Shown here piece after piece: positions 27,124 to 37,974 of a stretch of DNA of 64,000 bases. Numbering within the stretch: position 1 is the first letter of the stretch; the number at the start of each line of letters is the position of its first letter. A program made the position numbers and the translations under genes. The notes under the pieces were generated by a model. That model saw only the letters and a list, made by a program, of their open reading frames with translations. It made no database searches and was not told the DNA's origin. The DNA is from Psychrobacter sp. (GTDB taxonomy: Bacteria > Pseudomonadota > Gammaproteobacteria > Pseudomonadales > Moraxellaceae), in contig NZ_JBAQQF010000053.1 of NCBI RefSeq assembly GCF_049295055.1, positions 61,871 through 125,870 on the forward strand. The letters run 5' to 3'.

Positions 27124-28392
27124 CTAAAATAAAGACAGCTGTCCGCTACGTTGATCTTTAAATTTTGTCTGCGTTTGTGCTAGTACGTATTGACGAAAGT
27201 TATCACGGGTTAGATGAGCAAGGTGCTCGTTTTTACCGGTAGTAGCGATGAAGTATTTAGCACGATTGACCGCTGCACCCATTTTCTTCAAATGATAAAG
27301 TGTCAATTGATTAAACTTGCGTGCTTTGATAATTTTTTTAGCCGTTTTCGTACCGATACCGGGAATACGCACAATCATTTCATAAGTGGCGGTTTGAATA
27401 TTGACCGGGAAATGCTCACGATGGCGGATTGCCCACGCCAGCTTCGGGTCACAGTCCAAATCTAGAAACGGCGAGTCTGGTTCAACAATCTCGTGCGCAC
27501 CAAAACCATAAAAACGCATCAGCCAATCGGCTTGATAGAGACGGTTTTCCCGCACCATCGGTACAGGCGTGCCAATGGCTGGCAAGCGATCATCAGATAA
27601 CATTGGCACATAGCCAGAGTAGTAAACGCGCTTAAGATCGTATTGTTTATAGAAATGACTCGATAACTGAATGACTTGTAAATCGGTCTCATTGCTAGCG
27701 CCAACAATCATCTGACTGGTTTGACCGGCAGGTACAAATTTAGGCGCTTTTTTATGGGTTTTACGACTTTCACGAATGGTAATGATTTCTTCTTTTACGG
27801 TTTCCATCGGCGCTTTTAGCTGCTCGTGCGATTTTTCTGGTGCGAGTAAAGCAAGGCCAGATATTGTCGGAATCTCAATATTAACACTTAAACGATCAGC
27901 ATAGAGTCCTGCCTCGAGTAATAACTCCTTTGAGGCACCCGGAATGGTTTTTAGATGGATATAACCATTAAAACGCTCACGGGTACGTAGTATCTTAGCT
28001 ACTTCGACCAGTCGCTCCATCGTATAGTCGCCACTTTTAAAAATACCAGAGCTGAGAAATAGCCCTTCGATGTAATTACGCCGATAGAATTGCATGGTTA
28101 AATCAACGACTTCCTCGACACTAAAAGCTGCGCGCGGGGTGTCGTTACTCTTTCTAGAGGTGCAGTAAGCGCAGTCGTAAATACAATGATTGGTCAGCAG
28201 GATTTTGAGCAAACTGACACAGCGGCCATCTTCGGTATAGCTGTGACAGATACCAGATTGCGAGGCATCACCGAGACCACCGCCTTGGTTTTTGCGCGTG
28301 CCAGCGGAGGAGGAACAAGAGACATCATACTTCGCCGCATCAGCTAAGATATTGAGCTTGCCTTGCAGTCTTTCATAATTGATGGTTGCCAT
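27124..28392 (-). CDS. putative DNA modification/repair radical SAM protein (TIGR03916-like)
   Basis: A 422-aa ORF with radical SAM cluster motif CIYDCAYC and a C-terminal helix-hairpin-helix, IPGIGTKTAKKIIKAR. Confidence 0.8.
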   Translation of the reverse strand: MATINYERLQGKLNILADAAKYDVSCSSSAGTRKNQGGGLGDASQSGICHSYTEDGRCVSLLKILLTNHCIYDCAYCTSRKSNDTPRAAFSVEEVVDLTMQFYRRNYIEGLFLSSGIFKSGDYTMERLVEVAKILRTRERFNGYIHLKTIPGASKELLLEAGLYADRLSVNIEIPTISGLALLAPEKSHEQLKAPMETVKEEIITIRESRKTHKKAPKFVPAGQTSQMIVGASNETDLQVIQLSSHFYKQYDLKRVYYSGYVPMLSDDRLPAIGTPVPMVRENRLYQADWLMRFYGFGAHEIVEPDSPFLDLDCDPKLAWAIRHREHFPVNIQTATYEMIVRIPGIGTKTAKKIIKARKFNQLTLYHLKKMGAAVNRAKYFIATTGKNEHLAHLTRDNFRQYVLAQTQTKFKDQRSGQLSLF

Positions 28393-28554
28393 AAGCAGTA
28401 TTTACTATGTCAGTAATGAAAGACTATTTTAACAAAATTAGTGATAAGTCTTTGTATTTAAGAGTGAAATTATAGAAGTGTACGACAACGGTTGTCGCCT
28501 GCTAGCTATTCGTAACCCTCAAAGAATAGTTTGTATTTAGATATTATTGGACAT

Positions 28555-28580
28555 AAAAAAAGTCCTGCATAAGCAAGACC
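28555..28580 (-). terminator. Rho-independent terminator after the secreted-protein gene
   Basis: On the minus strand, GUCUUGC uuau GCAGGAC is followed by U7. One mismatch in the stem. Confidence 0.5.
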
Positions 28581-28626
28581 TTTGGTAAAACTATTGAATA
28601 GGGTGCGCCGCTATACGAAGCAATAA

Positions 28627-29565
28627 TTATTGAACTTTAGCGCGTATAACCACCGTTTGTGCTGCATTGGGGTTAAGATTGACTAAGTTCCACTTAAGAC
28701 CAGAGTAATTCTCTTGGACAACCACCGTATTACCGACTTGCTGGATGGTTTGATAGCTGTCACCACCAGTGGTTGCAAGTGTTGGTAGCGGACTGTTCAA
28801 TGACACCAATCTCACGCCATTTGGTAAAGATACCATGGCATTGATATCAGTTACCGGCTGCGCTGTGGTATTAGTATAAACGGTATGATACTCAATAATA
28901 TCACCAGGAGCGATATGGTTAGCTGGTACTGCTATTTCACGTCCATCGCTATTTTTGAGGATTTTCATAACCTTGGTTTGTGCATTGACCACATCAGGTG
29001 TACTAAAAGTTGGTTTTAGTTGTAAGGCATCTATAGTGGTTATTGTAGTTACTTGATTAGTCACTGGTTGAAGCACTGATTGATTAGCAATGACTTGAGT
29101 AGTCACAGGTGCATTAATGACTGGCAGCTGAGTAACAGGAGTGACAGGCAATACTTGTGTCACCGTACTCATAGGCACCGCTATTACGTCAACACGGCTG
29201 CTTTGATTGGTTATCTGATTGGTCACAGGTACGCTAGTAACGGTCGCACTCCCTTGAGTCACAACAGTATTAATAGCGCCTTGGCGCACCACGTAGCGCG
29301 GTATATTAGTAACCTGCGTCACAGCAAACGGCATTCCATCTTGCATACCAATGCTATTAGGTGTAGCGGTGATAACAGCTGTTTTACCATCAGAATACTG
29401 CTCGACTACGGTGGTACTGCCACCCGTAGATGGTAGAACAGTCACCTCAGTAGCGGCATTGGCTGAGGACATAGCCAGTACAGTGCCTGCCAACAGTGCG
29501 GATATTGCCGTGAATGTAGCTGTTTTTTGCATCACACCTGATGAATGATTAGTAGTGTTGGTCAT
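28627..29565 (-). CDS. secreted protein with Thr/Val/Gln-rich VT(N)Q repeats and a C-terminal beta-rich (DUF11-like) domain
   Basis: I prefer ATG at 29565 (MTNTTNHSSGVMQKTATFTAISALLAGTVLAMSSANA, a signal peptide) over the ORF-track 29703. It contains repeated PVTNQ / VTQV / PVTTQV motifs. Confidence 0.7.
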   Translation of the reverse strand: MTNTTNHSSGVMQKTATFTAISALLAGTVLAMSSANAATEVTVLPSTGGSTTVVEQYSDGKTAVITATPNSIGMQDGMPFAVTQVTNIPRYVVRQGAINTVVTQGSATVTSVPVTNQITNQSSRVDVIAVPMSTVTQVLPVTPVTQLPVINAPVTTQVIANQSVLQPVTNQVTTITTIDALQLKPTFSTPDVVNAQTKVMKILKNSDGREIAVPANHIAPGDIIEYHTVYTNTTAQPVTDINAMVSLPNGVRLVSLNSPLPTLATTGGDSYQTIQQVGNTVVVQENYSGLKWNLVNLNPNAAQTVVIRAKVQ

Positions 29566-29945
29566 AGTAAAGTCCTTTAAAATTATAATAAGTAAAACAA
29601 AAATAGAGAGTAGTGAGATAAGAAAACCCTCGTTAATTGACACTACAAAGCAGGTCAAATAACGAGGGCAATAGTACTGAACTGATAATAAACAGCCAAG
29701 CAATATCAGCTATCTATCAAAGCATGCTATCAAACTATAAAATTACCGATTTATCCGTCATTATTTTAATGAATAGCTAAGCACTCGCCCAGTCATTTCA
29801 ACTCAACAATTATGCGCTAAAACGAATTGAGTAAAATAGCAGCGTTGTGTAACTGCTGTCATATAAACGACGACTCTTTATGTGCTTTACTTTATCTGAC
29901 TTTTAAGAAAATCACTATTCGACTCACTAGTAAAAGCTTATTAGA

Positions 29946-30422
29946 TTAATCATAAATGACTTTCATGATTTCGTATTCGACCACGCCTTTAGGCGTTTCA
30001 ATACGTGCTTCATCGCCTTCAGATTTACCGATAAGACCACGAGCAATCGGCGAGTTCACAGAGATTTTACCGGCTTTAAAGTCCGCTTCATCATCGCCAA
30101 CGATTTTGTATTGTTTTTCTTCTTCAGTGGCCATGTTTTCAATAACGACGCTCACGCCGAATATCACACGACCGTCTTTTGGTAAAGTCGCAGGATCGAT
30201 CACTTGGGCACCGCCAAGCTTGGCTTCGATATCACGGATACGCGCTTCACAAAATCCTTGCTGTTCACGAGCAGCATGATATTCAGCGTTTTCTTTTAAA
30301 TCGCCGTGTTCGCGTGCTTCAGCAATAGAAGCAGTGATGCGTGGACGGTCAATACTTTTTAACTGCTTTAATTCCGCTTCTAAAGCGGCATGTCCTTGCG
30401 GAGTCATGGGATAACGTTGCAT
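29946..30422 (-). CDS. greA: transcription elongation factor GreA
   Basis: A 158-aa [32 protein letters not shown]...; full-length GreA. Confidence 0.95.
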   Translation of the reverse strand: MQRYPMTPQGHAALEAELKQLKSIDRPRITASIAEAREHGDLKENAEYHAAREQQGFCEARIRDIEAKLGGAQVIDPATLPKDGRVIFGVSVVIENMATEEEKQYKIVGDDEADFKAGKISVNSPIARGLIGKSEGDEARIETPKGVVEYEIMKVIYD

Positions 30423-30447
30423 GTTTTTTCCTTAAACCAATAACACC

Positions 30448-30479
30448 ACACCATCTCCTAGTGAATAGTGAGATGGTGT
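30448..30479 (-). promoter_or_regulatory. 10-bp hairpin in the greA leader
   Basis: ACACCATCTC (30448-30457) / GAGATGGTGT (30470-30479). On the minus strand it is followed by GGUGUUAUUGGUUU and ends about 25 nt before the greA ATG. Confidence 0.35.
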
Positions 30480-30608
30480 CAGTGTTGTTGCAATGGGTAT
30501 AAAATATAAAAAGAGTAATGGTTAAGACTGCGTAATAATTAAGTTGGCTATTATTTATGAAGTTATTTCACCGCAATTCAATAATAGGTGCACTTAAGCT
30601 TACGTAAT

Positions 30609-30644
30609 AAAAAGCATAGTCGCAGTTTAGCCACTATGCTTTTT
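30609..30644 (-). terminator. Rho-independent (bidirectional-looking) terminator downstream of carB
   Basis: AAAAAGCATAGT cgcagtttagcc ACTATGCTTTTT, a 9-bp stem flanked by an A-run and a T-run. Confidence 0.6.
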
Positions 30645-30779
30645 AGGTCTATCATTATAAAGATGTTGTTTTTCAAGCATTGTTGTCATCTTAAACAATG
30701 AGCAATGCTTGAATAAGCTTTTAGGCAAGCCTATCGGTTATGCTTAATTTACTGAAATTCTTCAGGCAAGTCAATAGAG

Positions 30780-33700
30780 CTAGACAATAGACTTTGCTTG
30801 TTCATGTAAATCTTGTAGTTTATAAACCTCAAATGGCAAGTCAATCGCATAAGATTTACAAACAGCATCTGCCGCGCCTAAAGTGGTGACGTAGAATACT
30901 TTACCTTGTAGCGCGCTACGGCGGATAGAGAATGAATCCTCTTGTGCCTGCTTGCCTTCGGTCGTGTTAATAATCATATCGATTTTGCCATTTTTCAAGG
31001 CATCAACGATGTGCGGGCGACCTTCGGTAACTTTATTAATTTGCTTACATTCGATGCCGTTTTCCGCCAGTACTTTTTGGGTGCCAGTGGTCGCGACAAT
31101 GTTAAAGCCGAAGTCGATTAGCTGACGGGCGATAGGCGCAACTTGTTCTTTATCGCTATCACGTACAGAGATAAAGACGGTTTTGGTCTCGCCTTCAGTT
31201 GGTAGACCGGGCAGACGCTCATTACTACCGATGACGGCTTTATAGAAGGCTTCGCCAAAGGTTTTGCCAACGCCCATGACTTCGCCGGTTGATTTCATCT
31301 CAGGGCTCAAGATTGGGTCAACACCCGGGAATTTGGCAAACGGGAAAACCGCTTCTTTAACGGCAAAAAACGACGGTACGATTTCAGTAGTAAAGCCTTG
31401 GTCTTTTAGCGACGTGCCAGCCATACAGCGAGCCGCGATTTGTGCTAATGAGATACCAATACATTTAGATACGAAAGGTATGGTACGCGCAGCACGTGGG
31501 TTCACTTCTAAGATGTAAACTGTTTCACCTTTTACCGCAAACTGAACGTTCATCAAACCGATAACGCCCAGCTCTTTTGCCATGGCGACAGTTTGTGCGC
31601 GCATGACATCACACAATTCTTCTGATAGCGAGTATGGCGGCAATGAACAGGCTGAGTCACCAGAGTGAACACCAGCCTGTTCGATATGCTGCATGATACC
31701 GCCAATTACCACATCCGTACCGTCGCTAACACAGTCGACATCGACTTCGATGGCATCGTCTAAGAAGCGATCTAATAATACTGGCGCTTCGTTTGATGCT
31801 TGTACGGCGGTACGTAGGTAATGTCTGAGCTCATCTTCGTTATAGACAATTTCCATCGCGCGACCACCGAGTACATACGATGGACGTACCACTAACGGAT
31901 AACCAACGTCTTTAGCTTTGACCAAACCGTCTTCTAAGCTGGTCGCCAAGGCATTGGTTGGTTGAATAAGATTCAACTGATGAATCATATGCTGGAAGCG
32001 TTCGCGATCTTCAGCGCGGTCAATCGCATCAGGGCTCGTACCAATGATTTTGACGCCAGCGGCTTCAAGAGCACGGGCTAGTTTCAATGGCGTTTGTCCA
32101 CCGAACTGAACAATGACGCCATCAGGATTTTCGATACGGACAATCTCTAACACGTCTTCAAGCGTGATTGGCTCAAAGTAGAGACGATCAGAGGTGTCAT
32201 AATCGGTTGAAACCGTTTCAGGGTTACAGTTGACCATGATGGTCTCATAGCCGTCTTCGCGCATGGCGAGTGCAGCATGTACACAGCAATAGTCAAACTC
32301 GATACCTTGACCGATACGGTTAGGACCGCCACCGATAACCATGATTTTCTTGTTATTCGTTGGATTGGCTTCACATTCGCTATCGTATGTTGAGTACATA
32401 TAAGCGGTGCTAGTAGCAAATTCTGCGGCACAAGTATCGACGCGCTTATAGACTGGATAAACATTTAGGTCCCAACGCTTAGTGCGTAGCTGCTTTTGTG
32501 AGACACCAAGCAGTTTGGCTAAACGCAAATCTGACAAACCTTTACGTTTAAAGCCACGCAAGTTCTTTTCAGTTAAGCCACCGAAGCCTAAGGCTTTAAC
32601 GGTCGCTTCAGTTTTCACGATATCTTCAATTTGTACCAAGAACCATGGGTCGATTTTGGTTAAATTAAATACCTCATCGACGCTCATGCCAATACGGAAA
32701 GCATCGGCAATATAATAGATGCGCTCAGGCGTTGGAATGGTCAAGCGATTGGTAATATCGCTGCGTGCTTTTTCAATGCTTACTTTTGATAAGTCAATTT
32801 GCTCGTCAAAACCATCATTACCTGTTTCCATGCCGCGTAATGCTTTTTGCATCGACTCTTGGAAGTTACGACCGATAGCCATGACTTCACCAACCGACTT
32901 CATTTGCGTTGATAAAACATTATCGGCTTGTGGGAATTTTTCAAAGTTAAAACGAGGTATTTTAGTAACGACATAATCAAGCGCAGGCTCGAAGCTGGCT
33001 GGTGTTTTACCACCGGTAATGTCATTTTGTAATTCATCTAGCGTGTAACCAACGGCTAACTTGGCAGCGATTTTAGCAATTGGGAAGCCAGTCGCTTTTG
33101 AAGCAAGCGCTGAAGAACGTGAGACGCGTGGGTTCATCTCGATGACGACCATACGACCAGTATCAGGGTTGATACCGAACTGGACGTTTGATCCGCCTGT
33201 TTCAACACCAATCTCACGTAATACTGCCAATGAGGCATTACGCATGATTTGGTATTCTTTGTCTGTCAGCGTTTGTGCTGGCGCAACGGTGATAGAGTCA
33301 CCGGTATGTACGCCCATTGGGTCAAAGTTTTCAATCGCGCAGATGATAATGCAGTTGTCGTTTTTGTCACGAACCACTTCCATCTCGTATTCTTTCCAAC
33401 CAATCAATGACTCATCGATAAGTAGTTGATGGTTGGGTGATAAGTCAAAGCCGCGCTCGCAAATCTCGATAAATTCATCGCGGTTATACGCGATACCGCC
33501 ACCTGAACCGCCCATGGTAAATGACGGACGAATGATACATGGATAGCCCATTTTTTCTTGGGTGATAAATGCTTCTTCCATCGTTTCAGCGGTTTCAGCG
33601 CGCGGACATTCAAGACCGATACGCTTCATTGCTTTATCAAATAAGTTGCGGTCTTCTGCCATTTCAATAGAATCTTTGGTCGCGCCAATCAATTCGCAGT

Positions 33701-34034
33701 TATACTTGGTCAATACGCCATGCTTGTCTAGTTCTAAGGCACAGTTTAGAGCGGTTTGTCCGCCCATCGTTGGCAAGATGGCATCAGGACGTTCTTTGGC
33801 AATGATTTGCTCAACCGTCTGCCAAGTAATCGGTTCGATATAAGTGGCATCTGCCATGGCAGGGTCGGTCATAATGGTTGCAGGGTTAGAGTTAACCAAG
33901 ATGACGCGGTAGCCTTCTTCTTTTAGCGCTTTACACGCCTGTGCGCCTGAATAGTCAAACTCGCACGCTTGCCCGATGACGATAGGGCCTGCGCCAATGA
34001 TAAGAATACTTTTTATGTCGGTACGTTTTGGCAT
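30780..34034 (-). CDS. carB: carbamoyl-phosphate synthase large subunit
   Basis: A 1084-aa ORF with duplicated ATP-grasp halves. It starts [30 protein letters not shown]. Confidence 0.97.
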   Translation of the reverse strand: MPKRTDIKSILIIGAGPIVIGQACEFDYSGAQACKALKEEGYRVILVNSNPATIMTDPAMADATYIEPITWQTVEQIIAKERPDAILPTMGGQTALNCALELDKHGVLTKYNCELIGATKDSIEMAEDRNLFDKAMKRIGLECPRAETAETMEEAFITQEKMGYPCIIRPSFTMGGSGGGIAYNRDEFIEICERGFDLSPNHQLLIDESLIGWKEYEMEVVRDKNDNCIIICAIENFDPMGVHTGDSITVAPAQTLTDKEYQIMRNASLAVLREIGVETGGSNVQFGINPDTGRMVVIEMNPRVSRSSALASKATGFPIAKIAAKLAVGYTLDELQNDITGGKTPASFEPALDYVVTKIPRFNFEKFPQADNVLSTQMKSVGEVMAIGRNFQESMQKALRGMETGNDGFDEQIDLSKVSIEKARSDITNRLTIPTPERIYYIADAFRIGMSVDEVFNLTKIDPWFLVQIEDIVKTEATVKALGFGGLTEKNLRGFKRKGLSDLRLAKLLGVSQKQLRTKRWDLNVYPVYKRVDTCAAEFATSTAYMYSTYDSECEANPTNNKKIMVIGGGPNRIGQGIEFDYCCVHAALAMREDGYETIMVNCNPETVSTDYDTSDRLYFEPITLEDVLEIVRIENPDGVIVQFGGQTPLKLARALEAAGVKIIGTSPDAIDRAEDRERFQHMIHQLNLIQPTNALATSLEDGLVKAKDVGYPLVVRPSYVLGGRAMEIVYNEDELRHYLRTAVQASNEAPVLLDRFLDDAIEVDVDCVSDGTDVVIGGIMQHIEQAGVHSGDSACSLPPYSLSEELCDVMRAQTVAMAKELGVIGLMNVQFAVKGETVYILEVNPRAARTIPFVSKCIGISLAQIAARCMAGTSLKDQGFTTEIVPSFFAVKEAVFPFAKFPGVDPILSPEMKSTGEVMGVGKTFGEAFYKAVIGSNERLPGLPTEGETKTVFISVRDSDKEQVAPIARQLIDFGFNIVATTGTQKVLAENGIECKQINKVTEGRPHIVDALKNGKIDMIINTTEGKQAQEDSFSIRRSALQGKVFYVTTLGAADAVCKSYAIDLPFEVYKLQDLHEQAKSIV

Positions 34035-34085
34035 AATTAGGGCTACCTTCGTTTGGGTGATATTTTATTGAATTTATATTTTATT

Positions 34086-34135
34086 AAATGCTATATCTGA
34101 ATAAATGCTATATCTGAATAAATACTATCGTATTT
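34086..34135. repeat. 17-nt tandem repeat in the carA-carB spacer
   Basis: AAATGCTATATCTGAAT occurs twice (34086-34102 and 34103-34119), followed by a degenerate third unit, AAATACTATCGTATTTT. Confidence 0.8.
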
Positions 34136-34219
34136 TGCGTGGGTCAGCTTAAACCACCGTTAGTGATTCAAGCTTTATAACGAATGTCTAATTATTAATA
34201 ATGGTTTATGATTAATAAA

Positions 34220-35452
34220 TTAAGCCTTAGCTGCTGCCATCATATCTGCAAACTTATCAAACAGTGGCGCGGCATCATGTGGACCAGGGCTGGCTTCTGG
34301 ATGACCTTGGAAGCTAAAGACGGGCTTATTGGTCAGCTCGATACCTTGATTAGTGCCATCGAACAAAGAGCGATGGGTAGATTTGACGTTGTCTGGCAAA
34401 GTGTCTTCATCAACCGCGAAACCATGATTTTGACTGGTAATCATGACTGTACCCGTGGCTAAATCTTGTACCGGATGATTAGCACCATGATGACCGGTTT
34501 TCATTTTGATGGTTTTTGCGCCGCTAGCAAGACCAATCAGCTGATGACCTAAGCAAATACCAAAGGTTGGAATATTGGTTTCTTCAATGATATGACGTAC
34601 GGCATCAATGGCATAATCACACGCAGCAGGGTCGCCAGGACCATTTGATAAGAAGATGCCGTCCGGATTCATTGCTAGCACGTCTGCGATAGGCGTTTGC
34701 GCTGGCACGACAGTCACATGACAACCACGGTCAACGAGCATGCGTAGGATATTGGTTTTACTACCGAAGTCATAGGCGACAACATTGTACTTTGCTTCAA
34801 CATGCATGCCCAAATGCTTAAAGAAACCGCCCGTACCGCTTTCATGGCTACCCGCTATGTCGCGGTTGAGTAGGGTGTCTGATAAATCCCAGCTACCTGC
34901 TGTCCATTCAAAGCTGCTTGGCGTACAGCATTCTTTTGCCAAGTCCATACCTTCAATACCAGCGAATTCTTGCGCCAATTTAATCGCTTGTTGCTCGTCG
35001 TCGCGGCTAATCGTTTCACCGTCAGAGGCAGTCATGATACAGCCGTTCTGAGCGCCTTTATCACGTAATAAGCGCGTCAGTTGGCGGGTGTCGATGTCAG
35101 CAATGGCGACGGTATCGTGGCTCTGTAGATAATCGCTCAGTGATTGTGAATTGCGGAAGTTTGAAGTAACCATGGTGGCATCACGGATGATAAGACCGTC
35201 TGCCCAGATTTGGTGACCATTACCAGACTCGACATCTTCAGCGTTGGTGCCGGTATTGCCGATGTGCGGATAGGTGAGGGTCACTAGCTGACGCGCGTAG
35301 CTTGGGTCGGTCAGGATTTCTTGATACCCTGTCATGGCTGTATTAAAAACCACCTCACCGACACGATGACCTTGACTACCGATACTAATACCACGAAAAA
35401 TCGTACCATCTGCTAGTGCCAAAATTGCTTGTATTTCTGTCGATGAATTCAA
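34220..35452 (-). CDS. carA: carbamoyl-phosphate synthase small (glutaminase) subunit
   Basis: A 410-aa ORF. It has a TTG start at 35452 with GGAGG 8 nt upstream, and the glutamine amidotransferase motif GICLGHQ. Confidence 0.95.
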   Translation of the reverse strand: MNSSTEIQAILALADGTIFRGISIGSQGHRVGEVVFNTAMTGYQEILTDPSYARQLVTLTYPHIGNTGTNAEDVESGNGHQIWADGLIIRDATMVTSNFRNSQSLSDYLQSHDTVAIADIDTRQLTRLLRDKGAQNGCIMTASDGETISRDDEQQAIKLAQEFAGIEGMDLAKECCTPSSFEWTAGSWDLSDTLLNRDIAGSHESGTGGFFKHLGMHVEAKYNVVAYDFGSKTNILRMLVDRGCHVTVVPAQTPIADVLAMNPDGIFLSNGPGDPAACDYAIDAVRHIIEETNIPTFGICLGHQLIGLASGAKTIKMKTGHHGANHPVQDLATGTVMITSQNHGFAVDEDTLPDNVKSTHRSLFDGTNQGIELTNKPVFSFQGHPEASPGPHDAAPLFDKFADMMAAAKA

Positions 35453-35667
35453 GGGTTGCCTCCGCTGTTATTGGTAAGTGCTGTGCTGTTTTTTGGTTAA
35501 AATAAAGCGCTGCTTTTTTGATTATTGCTATTTAACTGCGGCTAAATAACCATAATAAAAGAGACAGCGCCAAAATTTTCCCACAAAAAAGCGAGAAGAC
35601 ATCATAGATGAAAAGGTACAGGATTCACTAAGGGTGAATAAGTAACTTACATCATGTCCGCTCGCTT

Positions 35668-35682
35668 TGGCACAGATTTTGC
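35668..35682 (+). promoter_or_regulatory. orphan sigma-54 consensus (TGGCAC-N5-TTGC)
   Basis: TTGGCACAGATTTTGCG is a perfect -24/-12 core. No annotated plus-strand gene lies downstream. The only candidate is a 20-codon ORF at 35731-35793, then the convergent PAP2 gene. Confidence 0.35.
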
Positions 35683-35703
35683 GCATTATACTAGAGTTTT
35701 GCG

Positions 35704-35722
35704 TTAAGGGCTAGCACCTTAA
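35704..35722. promoter_or_regulatory. third copy of the TTAAGG-N7-CCTTAA palindrome
   Basis: TTAAGG gctagca CCTTAA has the same arms and spacing as the site upstream of the first BCCT gene. It lies 22 nt downstream of the sigma-54 consensus. Confidence 0.4.
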
Positions 35723-35845
35723 GGATAAGTATGGTGAATAATATTAAGATAACGCTTAAGTGCTTCCCAAATATTACCAATCATACTCAATAAATAATAA
35801 GCTGTTATAGGTAAAAAAACAACTATGAGCAATAAAGCTTATCAA

Positions 35846-36415
35846 TTAAAAATTATAATGTACCGATAAGCCATAATAATCTGGCGATAAGTTGGTAGCG
35901 ATATGTAGCTGGTCGTCTTGATAGCTTTTGGTTAGATACATACTGCTCGCCATACCTAGGGCAGCGCCCGCTAATACATCAATAGCATCGTGCTCATCGG
36001 CTTCGACACGGCTATAGGCGACAAAACCTGCGCCAACATAGGCGGGAATACTATATTTTAGCCCATAGCGCTTATGAATAAAGCTAGCGCCTTGGAACGC
36101 TCTTGAAGTATGACCCGATGGATAAGAATCATCGTCGCTGCCATCTGGTCGCTCTTTATCAATCACCGATTTTAGCGCATAAGTGGCTGCAACATTGGTT
36201 GCAAATGAATAATAAAATTGCTCTCGTCCCTCTTTATCATCCATATAATAAGTGCTACCGTAAGCAACTGCTGGTATGGCGAAAGATAAAATGTCGCCTG
36301 CCTTGTCGATATTATCGCTACTACTGGCATGGGCTGGGATAGCGATAAGCAAACTGCTCGATAATAAAAAACTACTGGGTAATAAAATGATAGCGGAAGC
36401 GTTTTTGCTGATCAT
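35846..36415 (-). CDS. PAP2-family acid phosphatase (membrane/secreted)
   Basis: A 189-aa ORF with PAP2 motifs KERPDGS, PSGHTS and SRVEADEHDAIDV, plus an N-terminal signal/TM segment. Confidence 0.85.
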   Translation of the reverse strand: MISKNASAIILLPSSFLLSSSLLIAIPAHASSSDNIDKAGDILSFAIPAVAYGSTYYMDDKEGREQFYYSFATNVAATYALKSVIDKERPDGSDDDSYPSGHTSRAFQGASFIHKRYGLKYSIPAYVGAGFVAYSRVEADEHDAIDVLAGAALGMASSMYLTKSYQDDQLHIATNLSPDYYGLSVHYNF

Positions 36416-36589
36416 TGCGGCAATCCTAAAAAGGTTTGGTAGAGCGGATAGAGGAAAATGGCATTACACTACAAATGCTTGCTGTCACATGACGCGCTCA
36501 CCTATTTATAGGTCAGTTTTATAGCCGACATCCGTGCCAACGACGTTTATGAATAATAACAACTGAATAAAACCCATCAAGGATAGATT

Positions 36590-37126
36590 ATGATTTATCA
36601 ATATTTAGACAAAGTACCTGAGTTTGCCGTTCCCTTTAACGGTTGGGTGGCAGACTCAGCACGCGTGATAGGCGATGTGTATTTGGGTCATCAGGCAAGC
36701 GTTTGGTTTGGCGCAGTGATTCGTGGTGACAATGAGCGTATTCATATCGGCGACTATAGTAATGTACAAGAAAATAGCGTGATTCATACCGATGCCGGTA
36801 TTGAGGTAAAAATTGGCAATCATGTCACTATTGGTCATTTAGCGATGCTGCATGGCTGCGAAGTCGGTGACAATAGCTTAATCGGTATCGGTGCAGTGAT
36901 ATTGAATAACGCCAAAATCGGCAAAAACTGTATTATTGGTGCCAAAGCCTTAGTCACTGAAGGCAAAATCATTCCGGATAATTCTCTGGTTGTGGGTGCC
37001 CCTGCAAAGGTAGTCAAAACCTTAACGGATGAGCAAGCATCGATGTTGAAGTTGTCAGCAATACATTATGCGGAGCGTTGTCAGAAGTTTAAAACCGGTC
37101 TTAGAGAGATTGAGCAACCAGAGTAA
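36590..37126 (+). CDS. gamma-carbonic-anhydrase-like hexapeptide-repeat protein (YrdA/PaaY family)
   Basis: A 178-aa ORF with a left-handed beta-helix repeat pattern and His ligand context (HTD, GH.AMLHGC). Confidence 0.85.
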   Translation: MIYQYLDKVPEFAVPFNGWVADSARVIGDVYLGHQASVWFGAVIRGDNERIHIGDYSNVQENSVIHTDAGIEVKIGNHVTIGHLAMLHGCEVGDNSLIGIGAVILNNAKIGKNCIIGAKALVTEGKIIPDNSLVVGAPAKVVKTLTDEQASMLKLSAIHYAERCQKFKTGLREIEQPE

Positions 37127-37218
37127 ATGGGTTTTAACAATGATTAATATGAACAGTAACTAGCATTAACGGTAATTAGCCTTATCACACTTCATCTATT
37201 ATTAACGAGTATTCTTCT

Positions 37219-37974
37219 ATGAGCACGCCTGCTATCGATACTATGAACGCTACCAATAACGACATGCCATCTGCTAACCCAAAAAGTGAGCCACGCACCT
37301 TACGCACATTAGCGCTCTTTGATTTAGACCATACCTTACTCGATGTCGATAGTGACTATTTATGGGGCGAATATATCGTCAAGCATAATCTGGTTGATGA
37401 AGCTGAATATCGTACCGCCAACCAGAAGTTTTATAACGACTATATCGAAGGCACCCTTGATGCGACGGAATATAACGAATTTGTGGCACAGTTTTTAAGC
37501 AGCTTACCGATGGATAGATTACATGAGCTGCGAGAAGATTATATTAAAAGTGAAATCGAGCCGCATATCCGCCCAAAAGCGATGGAAGTCCTTTGTCAGC
37601 ATGTCGAAGCAGGTCACGATGTAGTTATTATTTCGGCGACCAATGATTTTGTGGTATCTGCGATTGCAAAACGCTTTGGGATTGAAGATGGTAATGTGCT
37701 CTCAACGCCGCTCGAAATAAAAAATGAGCGTTATACCGGTAAATTAACGGACAAGCCAAACTTTAAAGAAGGTAAGATTTATCACTTGGATAAATGGATT
37801 GGCAAGCAGCAATTGGCTGGCATTCATTTTGACAAGACTTATGCCTATTCTGATTCCAAAAATGACATACCGCTACTCGAGTGGGCGGATGTGGCTATTT
37901 GTGTGTCACCGGACGATGCGCTACATGCTCATGCGTTGTCGCATCGTTGGGCAGTAGAAGACTGGTCAATTTAG
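37219..37974 (+). CDS. HAD-IB family hydrolase
   Basis: A 251-aa ORF with the DxDxT motif LALFDLDHTLL and a distal YSDSKNDIPLL. Confidence 0.8.
   Translation: MSTPAIDTMNATNNDMPSANPKSEPRTLRTLALFDLDHTLLDVDSDYLWGEYIVKHNLVDEAEYRTANQKFYNDYIEGTLDATEYNEFVAQFLSSLPMDRLHELREDYIKSEIEPHIRPKAMEVLCQHVEAGHDVVIISATNDFVVSAIAKRFGIEDGNVLSTPLEIKNERYTGKLTDKPNFKEGKIYHLDKWIGKQQLAGIHFDKTYAYSDSKNDIPLLEWADVAICVSPDDALHAHALSHRWAVEDWSI

Noticed and set aside
30674-30711. Long hairpin CAAGCATTG...CAATGCTTG between carB and greA.
   Set aside because: It has no U-tract on either strand. I could not decide between an RNA stability element and coincidence, so it is noted only here.
34208-34462. 84-aa plus-strand ORF.
   Set aside because: It is antisense to the 3' end of carA, with no independent support.
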